Shown here: piece after piece, positions 40,001 through 49,166 of the stretch
Layout of the letters: the number at the start of each line of letters is the position of its first letter
Numbering within the stretch: the first letter of the stretch is position 1
NCBI GenBank assembly: GCA_040901675.1
Contig: JBBDYJ010000011.1
Span: forward strand, 96,001 to 160,000
Origin: Pirellulales bacterium
GTDB lineage: Bacteria > Planctomycetota > Planctomycetia > Pirellulales > JAICIG01
Direction: 5' to 3'
DNA length: 64,000 bases
Translations under genes and position numbers: made by a program
The notes under the pieces: model-generated
The model's database searches: none
What the model was told of the DNA's origin: nothing
Seen by the model: the letters and a program-made list of their open reading frames with translations, nothing else

Positions 40001-42083
40001 TGCCGAGACGCTCTACTGGAACCCGCTGTTGTTGACCGACGCCGCGGGCCGCGCATCGATCCGTTTCGACCTGTCCGACAGCGTGACCAGCTTCGCGGTC
40101 CGAGCCGACGCGCACGGTGCCGGCCGGCTCGGCTCGGCCAGGCACGCGATCGAGTCGCGGATCCCTTTCAGCCTAGAGCCCAAGCTCCCCTTGGAAGTCA
40201 CTGCCGGCGATCGCATCGATTTGCCGCTCTCCATCGCCAACGACACCGCGGGCGAATTGGATGTGCAGGTCGAACTTTCCAGCGGTGGCCAATCAGACGC
40301 CGGCGAACTGGTCAAGCTGCTGGGTCCGCCGGCAAGTCAGGTTGTGCTGGCGCCCGGCAAAAAGCAGCGGCACTACTTCTCCCTGCAGGCCGTGGCCCAG
40401 GCCGGCGAAGCAATCATCGAGTTTCGAGGCGCCGCCGCTGCTCAGGATGGCCGGCCGCTGGCCGATGCGGTCCAGCGGCGGCTGCGGATTGTGCCGCCCG
40501 GTTTCCCAGTTCACCGCTCCTACGGCGGCAGACTGTCCGGCGAGCAGCAGCTTTCGATCGACTTGCCCGACGACGTGGTGCCCGGATCGCTCGAAGTCGT
40601 CTTGAACGCGTACCCCTCGACGTTGGCCGACCTGCAGCAAGGTTTGGAGAGCATATTGAACGAGCCGACCGGCTGCTTCGAGCAGGCTTCGACCTCCAAC
40701 TATCCGAACATCTTGTCGCTGGAGTACCTTGAAGAGCATCGCGTGGCGAGCCCCGAGCTGACCCGCCGGGCCAAGGGCCTCTTGGCCAGCGGTTACGGAA
40801 AGCTGACGAGCTACGAGTCGCCGAGCAAAGGCTACGAGTGGTTCGGCGCCGATCCGGGCCACGAGGCCCTGACCGCATACGGCCTGATGCAGTTCCGCGA
40901 CATGGAAAAAGTCTTCGACGTCGACGAGCAAATGATCGAGCGGACCGCTGCCTGGCTGCGCAGCCGCCGTGACGGAAAAGGGGGCTACCAGCAGAACCCG
41001 CGGGCGCTCGACAGCTTCGGCGGCGCCCCCAAGCACATCACCGACGCCTATATCACCTGGGCGCTGGCCGAATCGGGCCAGACCGATCTGGCCGCCGAGC
41101 TCGATCACGTTGACCAGCTCGCCGAGACGTCGCGCGACCCCTACCTGCTGTCCTTGGCCGCCGCCGGCTTGCTTGCCGCCGGGCGCCACCAGTCAGGACG
41201 CGAATTGCTCGACAAGCTGGCCCAGGCCCAGGCCGACGACGGGCACCTGGAAGGGACCGACGGCTCCATCACTCGCAGCGGCGGCCTGTCGCTGCGCGTC
41301 GAAACCACGGCCTTGGCCGCCCTGGCCTGGCTCAAGCTGCCCGACTACGGCGGGCAGGCCAACCGCGCGCTCGAGTGGATTGTTGCCAACCGCGAGGCCG
41401 GCGGCGGCTTCGGCTCGACGCAGGCGACCATCCTGGCGCTGAAGGCGCTGGTGGCGCACGCCAAGGTACACCGCGCGAAGATCACCGCCGGAGAGCTGGT
41501 GGTCCGGCGCGACGGCGAGCTGGTCGGCCGGCAGTCGTTTGCGGACGGCGAGCAAAACACCGTCCGGGTCAGCGGCATTGAAGCCCATCTCAAGGCCGGC
41601 ATGAACCACCTGGCAATCAGTCTTTCAGGCGACAACCGGATGCCATACGGACTCGACGTGAGCTATCGGGCCAGGAAGCTGGAGAATCATCCCGATTGCC
41701 CGCTGCGGCTCACCACCCGGCTGGCCCGGCAGCGCGTCAAGGCGGGCCAAACCGTGGCCTTCTCGGCCGAGCTGACCAACGCCAGCGACCAAGGACAGCC
41801 CATGACGGTGGCCATTTTGGGTCTGCCGGCCGGCCTGGAGCCGCGTCCCGCGCAATTGGAGGAGCTGAAAAAAGCGGGTGTCTTCGATTACTATGAAACG
41901 CGGGCCCGCGAGGTGATCTGCTATTGGCGGTCGCTGGCGCCGCGGCGGCGCGTGCAGATTAAACTCGACCTGCTGGCCGAAGTCCCCGGCAGCTATCTGG
42001 GGCCGGCTTCGCGGACCTATCTCTACTACACGGCCGAGCAAAAGCAGTGGGCCGACGGGCTCCAGGTCGAGGTGAACCGCTGA
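36999..42083 (+). CDS. Anti-sigma-like N-terminus fused to a thioester alpha-2-macroglobulin family protein
   Basis: MG2 motif LDKPLYQPGETVYYR, FYPEGG, LGVSVVD, DFAETLYWNP, thioester GCFEQ (40671-40685), GGFGSTQAT, C-terminal LGLPAGL..YLYY; N-terminal ASD-like helices + TM helix. Confidence 0.9.
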   Translation: MKLSPDLHQRLLEFVYDLLPAQESAELARRIEAEPEMAAALAQVRSDTARLAAAARLEAHPIELAQPAGGVQPSRRLPAVARHAAPPAPPAARGSRAVHWGLALAASLLLLLSMAGHWSDRFFTAGLDRDYKRLVVTGPARPRPGAPNIYSIRATSVLGKPLRAEVATRVYAPDGTELFTQVKRTDERGQARTLLPASLALATGSRLEIVAADGDQSQRVETRLVVELPRRRTYLSLDKPLYQPGETVYYRSLSLSQFGLEADQPQDAGLRMAFEIRDPAGAVVPGSQVEGVTDRGVGNGAFQLPPELPGGRYTLVARSLDQSFADQEREFFVREYRLPRLKKELEFTRDSYTPGDTVVADLAATQAEGPAASAAQLNIVASVDGQVVHQATAATDAAGRAQIEFALPETIERGDAQLSVIIDDGGAAETIAKTIPINLGRVAVSFYPEGGELVAGLENRVYFDARDPLGDPVHVEGHVVDDGGRKMAQLKTIHDGMGSFRLTPEAGRKYQLELTSPAGVTTNDSLPDPNDKAWLVLDTGDGVFEAAAPLELSLQAARTDRPIVVAAVCRGAQVAEQATVTERGIQRVSLPVDPRAAGVIRVTVYDYSGEAPLPVAERLVYRRPARRLQVDVQSPRERYSPGEAVELSFEVNDEDGQPAQAALGVSVVDDALLSLADDDSPAMTTHFFLTSEVDKPADLEDADFYLAHSPKAAQALDLLLGTQGWRRFVERQLDESIKSGQQAQVTRLAELGPVAPPAVFDNLPKLLPAYEAALSALANSRTQRLGTLLFFGSMGVLLATTLLSARGWIADGRLGVGVGVAAAASLLVAISHLRSPATIDTATPQIAFQSFKLEPAPVANDLYAKMEVNQDSWGRAWFERDQAWAYGMAGGLGNQPPVTPFQFGDDRQRNFFLFGTNREWPEWDGLNLGALGRELDVDYAVPLADRFDAGVRAMGGEMQGGMGLADAMPKLLYEQDEQGRFLVRQYAHQHAARSSPARSDFAETLYWNPLLLTDAAGRASIRFDLSDSVTSFAVRADAHGAGRLGSARHAIESRIPFSLEPKLPLEVTAGDRIDLPLSIANDTAGELDVQVELSSGGQSDAGELVKLLGPPASQVVLAPGKKQRHYFSLQAVAQAGEAIIEFRGAAAAQDGRPLADAVQRRLRIVPPGFPVHRSYGGRLSGEQQLSIDLPDDVVPGSLEVVLNAYPSTLADLQQGLESILNEPTGCFEQASTSNYPNILSLEYLEEHRVASPELTRRAKGLLASGYGKLTSYESPSKGYEWFGADPGHEALTAYGLMQFRDMEKVFDVDEQMIERTAAWLRSRRDGKGGYQQNPRALDSFGGAPKHITDAYITWALAESGQTDLAAELDHVDQLAETSRDPYLLSLAAAGLLAAGRHQSGRELLDKLAQAQADDGHLEGTDGSITRSGGLSLRVETTALAALAWLKLPDYGGQANRALEWIVANREAGGGFGSTQATILALKALVAHAKVHRAKITAGELVVRRDGELVGRQSFADGEQNTVRVSGIEAHLKAGMNHLAISLSGDNRMPYGLDVSYRARKLENHPDCPLRLTTRLARQRVKAGQTVAFSAELTNASDQGQPMTVAILGLPAGLEPRPAQLEELKKAGVFDYYETRAREVICYWRSLAPRRRVQIKLDLLAEVPGSYLGPASRTYLYYTAEQKQWADGLQVEVNR

Positions 42084-42090
42084 TCGAACG

Positions 42091-44340
42091 CTACTTGAGC
42101 GGCTTGGCGGCCGGCTCCTCGGCCACCAAGGGAATGGCCAGTGAGTCGCGGCCGGGGCTGTACGACCGCTTGGCGCCCGCCAGCACGTCGGCCCGGTAGA
42201 ACAGCTCGGGCTTGAGCCGGCCTTCGGAGAGCAGCTTCGCCTGATCGAAGTAATGGGGCGATTCCGGATCGCTGCTGGCCCCAAAGTGCGACAGCGTGGC
42301 GCCCCGAATACGAGGCCCGAACTCGAACACGCCCGTGTACGTGTAGCCTACGACCCCGTAATGCTTCGACAAGTAATTCTTCCCGAACGGAAGGCGGATC
42401 GTCGGCGTGTAGTACTGTGTAAAGACCACCCCCATCGGCCCGTGCGAACCGAGACACGGCAGGCTCGGCAGCGCGTCGTCGAACGGCACGTTGATAAAGT
42501 CGGCCACGTCCGCGTGACGTTGAATGCGGTACACGTCGCCCCAAGGCACCCGCCAGTCGCCGTGGATCGACCGCAGCTTGGCCGCGGCCTGGATCAAGGC
42601 CTTGAACCGCAGCGGCATGTCGTTCACGAAACGTTCCTGCAGCTTCTCGCCCGGATAAATGGTGCCGTACATCGCTTCATACCAGGCGACGCACAGCGCC
42701 GCTTGCGTCGAGTCGGCCGTCGTGCGGCAATCCCAACCGAGCAGGTGTTCCAGATAGGGTGCCGCCGTTGCGGCCAGCAATGGCTCAGTCTGCTTCAATT
42801 CCTCGAAGGCTTCCTTGTACAAAGGCAGCTCATGCTGGGCCCAGTAGTTGGTGGTGTCGAAGGCGGCAACCTTGAGATCCTCGAAGGTGACTCCGTGCAT
42901 GGCCATCAGCAACTGCCGCGAGATCTTGGCCCGCCGCTTGTCGTCGTCCTTGTCCTCCACCATGTAGGCAGGAAAGTCCTCGCGGCGCGGGTTCACTCCG
43001 TGCGTGGTGGTGAAGGGCGTCGAATTGCAGTTCTGAACGTAACCTTCCGGCGGGTTGAGCAACTGCGGCAGCTCGTCGAGCGTGTGATACCCCTGCCATT
43101 CGGTCCGCGGATCGCTGCCGTCGACCGGCTTGCTCCAGTCGAACCGCGCGTCCCGGCGGGGCACAATGCCGTTGTACAGAAAGTAGATGTTGCCTTCCTT
43201 ATCCGCGTACACCGCGTTCATGATCGGGAAGTTCAGCGTTCCCATGCCCTGCTTGAACTCCTCCAAGTTCGTGGCCCGCACCATCTGTTTCATCTGCCGC
43301 AGCAGAAGCGCCTCGTAAAGCTTGGCGATGCGGACCGCCAGGTGCACCTGCTCGCTTTCCTCGATCACGATCGGCCCGTGGTGCGTTTTGCGGAACGTAT
43401 ACGACTTCTCCTTCAGGCCGCTCGGCGCCTTGATCTTCACGCTGTCCTGCCACTCGGTGGCCGTGCGATAGCCGCCGTCATATCGATAGTTCAGCCGGTT
43501 GTGAGGGTCGTCGAACGTCACCCGCCAGACGTCGGCGATGTCGGGCTCGTTGGTCGTAAAAGTCCAGCCCAAGTGCTCGTTGTGGCCCATCGTCGGCAGT
43601 GGGCTGCCAAAGAACGTGGCACCGGAAAAATTCCACCCCTCCCCGCTGCGCAGGTGGGCTTCGTAAAGTTGCCCGAATCCAAACCACGGCTGGTGTGGGT
43701 TCGCAAACAGCATCGCGTGCCCTGACCGCGTCCTCGACGGACCGATCGCCCACCCGTTCGAACCGACCGCCGCCGCAATGTTGGGATTCGTCCGCGGCGC
43801 GTAGTTGTTCGTCAACCGCGTGTAGCGAAAGGCCAATTCCAAGGTCAGGTGCCGCCCGTAGGCGAGCACGTGCCACGGCTCGAAATGCTCGATCACACGC
43901 GGCTTCACCTCGGGGTGCGTCTTCAGATAATAATTCAAACCGCGGACAAATGCCTCGCACAGGGACTGCATCTCGGGTTCCAGATCGTCAAAGTCCGCCT
44001 GCGACCGCGGCACGATCTCAAAGGCCCGGTTCAGCAAATCCGAATTCAGACCCTGCGGACCATGCGCCTCCGAGTAACGCCCCAGACACAGTATGTAGGT
44101 GTCCTCGACCTGCCAGAAGTAGTCCTCGGCCTGCGCGTAGGCAAACGCGAACACGACCGCCTCGTCCGTCGGCGCCTCGATGTGCGGTACCCCGTAGGCG
44201 TCGCGGTGGATCGCAGCTGTGCCGGCCAACTGCGCCGCCGAAACGATCGGCTCGATGGCAGGCCTCTTCTCGCCGGCCCAACCACGCTGAGCCGCAAAGC
44301 AGGCACACACGATCAACGACGCGATCAAACACCGGGCCAC
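42091..44340 (-). CDS. Penicillin acylase / AHL acylase family Ntn hydrolase (peptidase S45)
   Basis: Signal peptide, RDAYGVPHI, YAQAED, autocleavage GSNGW, ANPH, QNCN. Confidence 0.92.
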   Translation of the reverse strand: MARCLIASLIVCACFAAQRGWAGEKRPAIEPIVSAAQLAGTAAIHRDAYGVPHIEAPTDEAVVFAFAYAQAEDYFWQVEDTYILCLGRYSEAHGPQGLNSDLLNRAFEIVPRSQADFDDLEPEMQSLCEAFVRGLNYYLKTHPEVKPRVIEHFEPWHVLAYGRHLTLELAFRYTRLTNNYAPRTNPNIAAAVGSNGWAIGPSRTRSGHAMLFANPHQPWFGFGQLYEAHLRSGEGWNFSGATFFGSPLPTMGHNEHLGWTFTTNEPDIADVWRVTFDDPHNRLNYRYDGGYRTATEWQDSVKIKAPSGLKEKSYTFRKTHHGPIVIEESEQVHLAVRIAKLYEALLLRQMKQMVRATNLEEFKQGMGTLNFPIMNAVYADKEGNIYFLYNGIVPRRDARFDWSKPVDGSDPRTEWQGYHTLDELPQLLNPPEGYVQNCNSTPFTTTHGVNPRREDFPAYMVEDKDDDKRRAKISRQLLMAMHGVTFEDLKVAAFDTTNYWAQHELPLYKEAFEELKQTEPLLAATAAPYLEHLLGWDCRTTADSTQAALCVAWYEAMYGTIYPGEKLQERFVNDMPLRFKALIQAAAKLRSIHGDWRVPWGDVYRIQRHADVADFINVPFDDALPSLPCLGSHGPMGVVFTQYYTPTIRLPFGKNYLSKHYGVVGYTYTGVFEFGPRIRGATLSHFGASSDPESPHYFDQAKLLSEGRLKPELFYRADVLAGAKRSYSPGRDSLAIPLVAEEPAAKPLK

Positions 44341-44752
44341 GTTCGACTCCTCGTGGCGGGCAACGCCCGGAGCACCAGGACGCTGAACACCAACAACACG
44401 GGACTATTGCAACCGGCCCCCTTCCAGGGCGGGCATGGTACTCGTAATGCTCACAAACCAACAAGGTCGATGCGCTCACCGCCCGAGCGGCTCCACCAGG
44501 TCGGCTTTGGCACCCCTGGGTGGACGTTTTGCCCCCGCGGCCATCAGGGCCGCGGCCTTGCGCCGGGATGTCCTTGCGATTGCTTGCGGCAGGCTGATTT
44601 GCCCGCCAAGCGGGGAAAGAACGCCTCTTCGCGGCTTTATCCGCCAACTGAATTGTAGCATGCGCCCACGTCGGTCAACGGAGCGGCGCCGACTTGGGCG
44701 GCGGCGTGCCCAGCAAGACGGCCAAACTCGCAACTGCCAGCCACCGTTGTGC

Positions 44753-46099
44753 TTACTGGGGCGTCGCCTTGGCCTGCCGGCCGGCCGGTGGTGCCTGGTC
44801 GGCCGATTCCGGCTCCCCGGCCGGCTCTGCCGGTTCTGCCGCTGGCTCCTCTGCCGGTTCTGCCGCTGGCTCCTCGGCCGGTTCTGCCGCTGGCTCCTCT
44901 GCCGGCTCTGCCGCCGGCTCTGCTGCCGGCTCCTCTGCTGGTTCCGCCGCCGGTGGCTCTGCCGGTTCCGCGGGCGCTGCCTCTTCCTTCGCCGGTTCTG
45001 TTTCCGCCGCCTCGTCTGGCTTCTTCTCAACGGCTGGACCGCTTCCCGGAGGGAACGCGTCGATCCAGCCGGTCTTCCACACCTTCAACGAGTCGCTGTG
45101 GCTGCCCGTCGCCAGCAGACGCCCATCGGGCGAAAACGCCACGGCCCACACGGTGCTCTCGAAACCCGAAAGGGTCGACGACTCCTGGCGAACATCGAGG
45201 TTCCAAAGCTTGACGGTCCGGTCGTGGCTGGAAGTCGCCAGCGTTCGCCCGTCGCTCGAAGCACTGGCCGAGGTGATCCAGTTGCTATGCCCCGACAGTG
45301 TGGCCATCTCGGTGCCGGCCGCCGGGTCCCAGAGCTTGATGGTGCGGTCGTGGCTGGCCGTCGCCAGCTTGCCATCCAGCACAAAGGCCACGGCCGACAC
45401 CGTCTCGGTGTGTCCTTCGAGCTTCTTAATCATCTCTCCGCTGGCGGCGTTCCAGAGCATGGCCGTCTTGTCGCCGCTGCCCGTGGCGATCGTCTGACTG
45501 TCGGCCGAGAAGACGACGCTGGTGACGGCCCCCGTATGACCTTTCAACACCAGCTTCTCGGAGGGCGGCACGGTCGTCGTGTTCCAGAGCTTGACGGTCG
45601 TGTCCTCGCTGGCGGTGGCCAGTGTCTGCCCGTCGCGGGCAAAGGCGACCGCCATGATCCAGTGCTGATGAGCCGGCAGCGAAGCCTTTTCCGCGCCTGA
45701 GCCCACGTCCCACAGCTTCAGCGTTCCATCGTATCCCGCGGTGGCCACCGTCAGCCCGTCGGGAGAGAAAGCCACGGCCCAGACGCTGGTTCCATGACCG
45801 GCATAGTTGGCCTTCTCCTGGCCGGTAGCCGTGTCCCAAAGCTTCACCTCGCCCGGACGATACAGCAGGCTCTGCCCGCCCACGCTGGCCAGCGTGCTGC
45901 TGTCGGGCGAAAAAGCGATCGACGTCACCCAGTTGGCGTGCGCCGCCAGTGGCACGCTCTCCTGCCCCGCGGCCATGCCGCAGGCCGCCAGCGTGCAGGC
46001 CACTGCCGCAAGCTTCACTGCCGCAAACTTCACTGCCGCAAGCTTCACTGCCGTGATGACTGAGCAACGGACAGCGAATGCACAAGACGGCTTTGTCAT
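44753..46099 (-). CDS. Secreted WD40 beta-propeller protein with acidic Pro/Ala/Glu tail
   Basis: About seven GH...V..VAFSPDG..LATAS.D.TVKLW repeats; C-terminal PAEEPAAE repeats. Confidence 0.92.
   Translation of the reverse strand: MTKPSCAFAVRCSVITAVKLAAVKFAAVKLAAVACTLAACGMAAGQESVPLAAHANWVTSIAFSPDSSTLASVGGQSLLYRPGEVKLWDTATGQEKANYAGHGTSVWAVAFSPDGLTVATAGYDGTLKLWDVGSGAEKASLPAHQHWIMAVAFARDGQTLATASEDTTVKLWNTTTVPPSEKLVLKGHTGAVTSVVFSADSQTIATGSGDKTAMLWNAASGEMIKKLEGHTETVSAVAFVLDGKLATASHDRTIKLWDPAAGTEMATLSGHSNWITSASASSDGRTLATSSHDRTVKLWNLDVRQESSTLSGFESTVWAVAFSPDGRLLATGSHSDSLKVWKTGWIDAFPPGSGPAVEKKPDEAAETEPAKEEAAPAEPAEPPAAEPAEEPAAEPAAEPAEEPAAEPAEEPAAEPAEEPAAEPAEPAGEPESADQAPPAGRQAKATPQ
44815..45000 (-). 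repeat. 12/24-bp coding repeats (EPAA/EPAE) in the WD40 tail
   Basis: Repeated ggttctgccgctggctcctctgcc units. Confidence 0.85.
46001..46053 (-). repeat. 15-bp tandem repeat x3.5 in the WD40 signal-peptide region (AVKLA/AVKFA)
   Basis: cactgccgcaagctt / cactgccgcaaactt / cactgccgcaagctt / cactgccg. Confidence 0.9.
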
Positions 46100-46355
46100 G
46101 GGGAGAACCTCCAGCAGGCGTGGTGGGTGGTCAGCGGGCAAGCAGCCAAGTTGGTCCCCGGCAATTATAATCTCCCCCCGCCCGGATTTCGCCTCTCTTT
46201 GCCGGTTATCCGTTTATTCTTTGCCCTCGACGACGTCTTGGCCCCTCCCGACCGCTCCGCGGGGCTTGTGAAGCCATGTCCGCCTCATAAAATGAAATGT
46301 CTTTGTCGTGCAGGCATGATAACCACCCACTGATTTCTTGAGGAGCTGCCAGGCG

Positions 46356-46517
46356 ATGTCAGGACCGATTGTCCGTTCCGGCCCCAGTCCGGAATTCTCG
46401 AAGAATTGGGAGAGCGTGTTCGGTAAGAAACAAGCTGGAACGAAGTCGGCCGGTACCAAGAGCCGGACACAAGCCAAGAAGGCAGCCACCAAGAAGAAAA
46501 AGAAAAGCGGCAAGTAG
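46356..46517 (+). CDS. Small basic protein (53 aa), absent from the ORF track
   Basis: GAGGAG RBS, MSGPIVRSGPSPEFSKNWESVFGKKQAGTKSAGTKSRTQAKKAATKKKKKSGK*; TAG abuts the SDR ATG. Confidence 0.75.
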   Translation: MSGPIVRSGPSPEFSKNWESVFGKKQAGTKSAGTKSRTQAKKAATKKKKKSGK

Positions 46518-47282
46518 ATGCGGTTGCGCGACAAGTCGGCTATCGTCACCGGCGCCGGAGCCGGCATCGGGCGTGCCATCGCCGAGCTGTTTGCCCGCCA
46601 AGGGGCCGCCGTCCTCATTGCCGAGATCGATGAGGCCTCCGGTCAGGCCACGGCCGATTTGATCCAAGCGGCGGGCGGCCGGGCCGTCTTTCACCGCACC
46701 AACGTGGCCGACGAGGCCGATTGCCAAAGCATGGCCGAGGCGGCCCGCAAACACTTGGGCGGCGTGCGGATCCTGGTCAACAACGCGGCCGCCTTCGTAT
46801 TCGGCACCGTGGAGCAAGCCACCCTGGCCGATTGGCAGCGCGTGCTGGCGGTGAACGTGCTGGGCCCGGCCCAGTGCGTCAAGAGCGTGCTGCCGCTGAT
46901 GCGCGAGGCAGGCGGAGGCGCGGTCGTCAACATTGCCTCCGTGTCGGGCTTCATCGCCCAGCCCGCCTTCGTCCCCTACAACAGCTCGAAAGGCGCGCTG
47001 CGGCAGCTTACCCGCTGCCTGGCCATGGACCTGGCGGCCGACAACATCCGCGTCAATTCGATCTCGCCCGGCGAAATCCGCACCCAAGCCACCGACCGGC
47101 ACGTCGAATCGCTGGGAATCGACCCGCAAGAGGCCTATGCCCGCTTCGGAGCCGCCGCGGTCTTGAAGCGAATGGGGCGGCCCGACGAAGTGGCCCAGGC
47201 GGCCTTGTTTCTGGCTTCGGACGAAGCCTCGTTCATCACCGGCGCCGAGCTGGTCGTGGACGGCGGGGCCACGCTCGATTGA
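46518..47282 (+). CDS. SDR family oxidoreductase
   Basis: TGAGAGIG, NNAA, NIAS, YNSSK, IRVNSISPG. Confidence 0.95.
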   Translation: MRLRDKSAIVTGAGAGIGRAIAELFARQGAAVLIAEIDEASGQATADLIQAAGGRAVFHRTNVADEADCQSMAEAARKHLGGVRILVNNAAAFVFGTVEQATLADWQRVLAVNVLGPAQCVKSVLPLMREAGGGAVVNIASVSGFIAQPAFVPYNSSKGALRQLTRCLAMDLAADNIRVNSISPGEIRTQATDRHVESLGIDPQEAYARFGAAAVLKRMGRPDEVAQAALFLASDEASFITGAELVVDGGATLD

Positions 47283-47404
47283 CAATCCCGCCCAAAAGGC
47301 CAAAAGCTGCTGGCTCTGCCGGCCGCGCCAGGTTATTTTCAGCGCTGGTAGCCCGGTTGGCCGCAACGCGACATCCCTCCTTCGACCCGCCCAGGAGTCT
47401 CATC

Positions 47405-48442
47405 ATGCTCTCACGCAAGCCCATCCCCTGGTTTCTTGCCGTGCTGTTGTTCCTGGCCGCCGGCCTGGCAGCCCTGGCCTTTCGAGGCGCGGGCGCTGAT
47501 ATGACCCAGGCAGCCGCCGCCTTTCTCGAAGGCCTGCCCGAAGACAAGCGGCAGCAGGCGAGCATGGAGTTCGACGACCCGGCGCGACTCGACTGGCACT
47601 TTATACCCAAGGCCCATCGCAAGGGGCTGCAGATCAAGGACATGGACCCCGACCAGCGGAAGCGGGCCCACGCCTTGCTGGCCGCCGGGCTGAGCCACGT
47701 CGGCTACGACAAGGCGGTCGCGGTCATGAGCCTGGAGGCGATCCTGCACGAACTGGAAAAATCCCGGCAAGGCGGGGCGATCCGCGATCCAGAGCGATAT
47801 TACTTCACGGTCTTCGGCAGCCCGCAAGCCGACTCTCAATGGGGTTGGAGCGTCGAGGGACACCACCTGTCGCTGAACTTCGTGGTTGATTCGGGCAAGG
47901 TCGTCTCGGTGACCCCGGCCTTTTACGGAGCCAATCCGGCGGAAGTCAAAACCGACCTGGACGTGGGACCCAAGAAGGGGACCCGCACCCTGGTCAAGGA
48001 AGAGGATCTGGCCTTCAAGCTGTTCAACTCGCTTTCGGATGAGCAGCGCGGCCAGGCCCTGATCGCCGAAAAAGCGCCCGCCGATCTGCGAGGCGCCGGC
48101 GAGCCGCAGCCGCCCGACTCGTCTCCCGAGGGATTGCCCGCCGGCCAGATGAACGACGATCAGCGGGCCGTGTTGATGGCACTCCTGGCCGCCTATACCG
48201 AGAACATGCCCCTGGAAGTGGGCCACTCGCGGATGGCCGAAGTAAAGCAGGCCGGCATCGAGAAGGTCTACTTCGCCTGGGCGGGCGCCGACAAGCCGGG
48301 CATCGGTCATTACTATCGCTTGCAAGGACCCACCTTTCTGGTCGAGTTCGTCAATACGCAGCCCGACTCGCTGGGCAATCCGGCCAATCACATCCATTCG
48401 GTCTGGCGGCAGGTCGGCGGCGATTTTGGCCTCCAGCCTTAA
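47405..48442 (+). CDS. DUF3500 family secreted protein
   Basis: Signal/TM segment, WHFIP, GWSVEGHHLSLNF, HYYRLQGP, NHIHSVWR..GDFG. Confidence 0.85.
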   Translation: MLSRKPIPWFLAVLLFLAAGLAALAFRGAGADMTQAAAAFLEGLPEDKRQQASMEFDDPARLDWHFIPKAHRKGLQIKDMDPDQRKRAHALLAAGLSHVGYDKAVAVMSLEAILHELEKSRQGGAIRDPERYYFTVFGSPQADSQWGWSVEGHHLSLNFVVDSGKVVSVTPAFYGANPAEVKTDLDVGPKKGTRTLVKEEDLAFKLFNSLSDEQRGQALIAEKAPADLRGAGEPQPPDSSPEGLPAGQMNDDQRAVLMALLAAYTENMPLEVGHSRMAEVKQAGIEKVYFAWAGADKPGIGHYYRLQGPTFLVEFVNTQPDSLGNPANHIHSVWRQVGGDFGLQP

Positions 48443-48452
48443 GGACTGGCCG

Positions 48453-49166
48453 ATGCTGATCCGAGCCGGCTCGCCAGGGCCGCACCGCTTCGCGGCGGGC
48501 GCCGCCTTGCTGCTGGCATTTGTCGCGGGCGGACTTGCCGGTTGCCGGCAGCACGCACCGTCGCCCTCCGCGGGTCCTGTGGGCGGCCCCTCCGCTCGCC
48601 AGCGGATTTCGGAATCGGCGGCCCAGGTCGCCAGCGGCGCAACGCGGAAAATCGAATTGGACGACGTCGAGGTCGGCGACGACGACCTGAAGGCCTTGGG
48701 CGATATGCCGGCGCTTGTCGAGCTGAGGCTGCCAAAGTCGCGGATCACCGATCGCGGGCTGGCCCACCTCGCCGCGCTGGTCGAACTCGAAAGGCTGGTG
48801 TTGGGCGAAACGACGGTCACGGATGCGGGCCTCCAACGGCTCGGCAAGCTGTCGCGGCTCAAGACCATCAATTTCCAGACCAGCCACGTCACCGACGAAG
48901 GCCTGGCCCACCTGGCCCCTCTGGCCGATCTGGAGCTGCTCCGCTTGGGCAGCAGCCGCATCCGCGGCCCAGGCCTGGCTCATCTCCGAAAGCTGCCGCG
49001 GCTAAAGTTTCTGATCCTGAACAGCGCGCCTTTGGACGACGCCGGCCTGGCCCACCTGGCCGGCTGGCAGCAGCTCGAGTCGCTCTATGTCGAGCGCACG
49101 AAGGTCACCGACCAAGGCGCCTCCGAGCTGCTCGATTCGTGCCCGAAGCTGCACCTGCATTGGTAG
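48453..49166 (+). CDS. LRR-containing lipoprotein
   Basis: Lipobox LAGC; ITDRGLAHL/VTDAGL LRR units. Confidence 0.85.
   Translation: MLIRAGSPGPHRFAAGAALLLAFVAGGLAGCRQHAPSPSAGPVGGPSARQRISESAAQVASGATRKIELDDVEVGDDDLKALGDMPALVELRLPKSRITDRGLAHLAALVELERLVLGETTVTDAGLQRLGKLSRLKTINFQTSHVTDEGLAHLAPLADLELLRLGSSRIRGPGLAHLRKLPRLKFLILNSAPLDDAGLAHLAGWQQLESLYVERTKVTDQGASELLDSCPKLHLHW

Noticed and set aside
42091..44340. Acylase as part of the ECF-A2M system
   Set aside because: It is convergent and separately transcribed; adjacency is the only link
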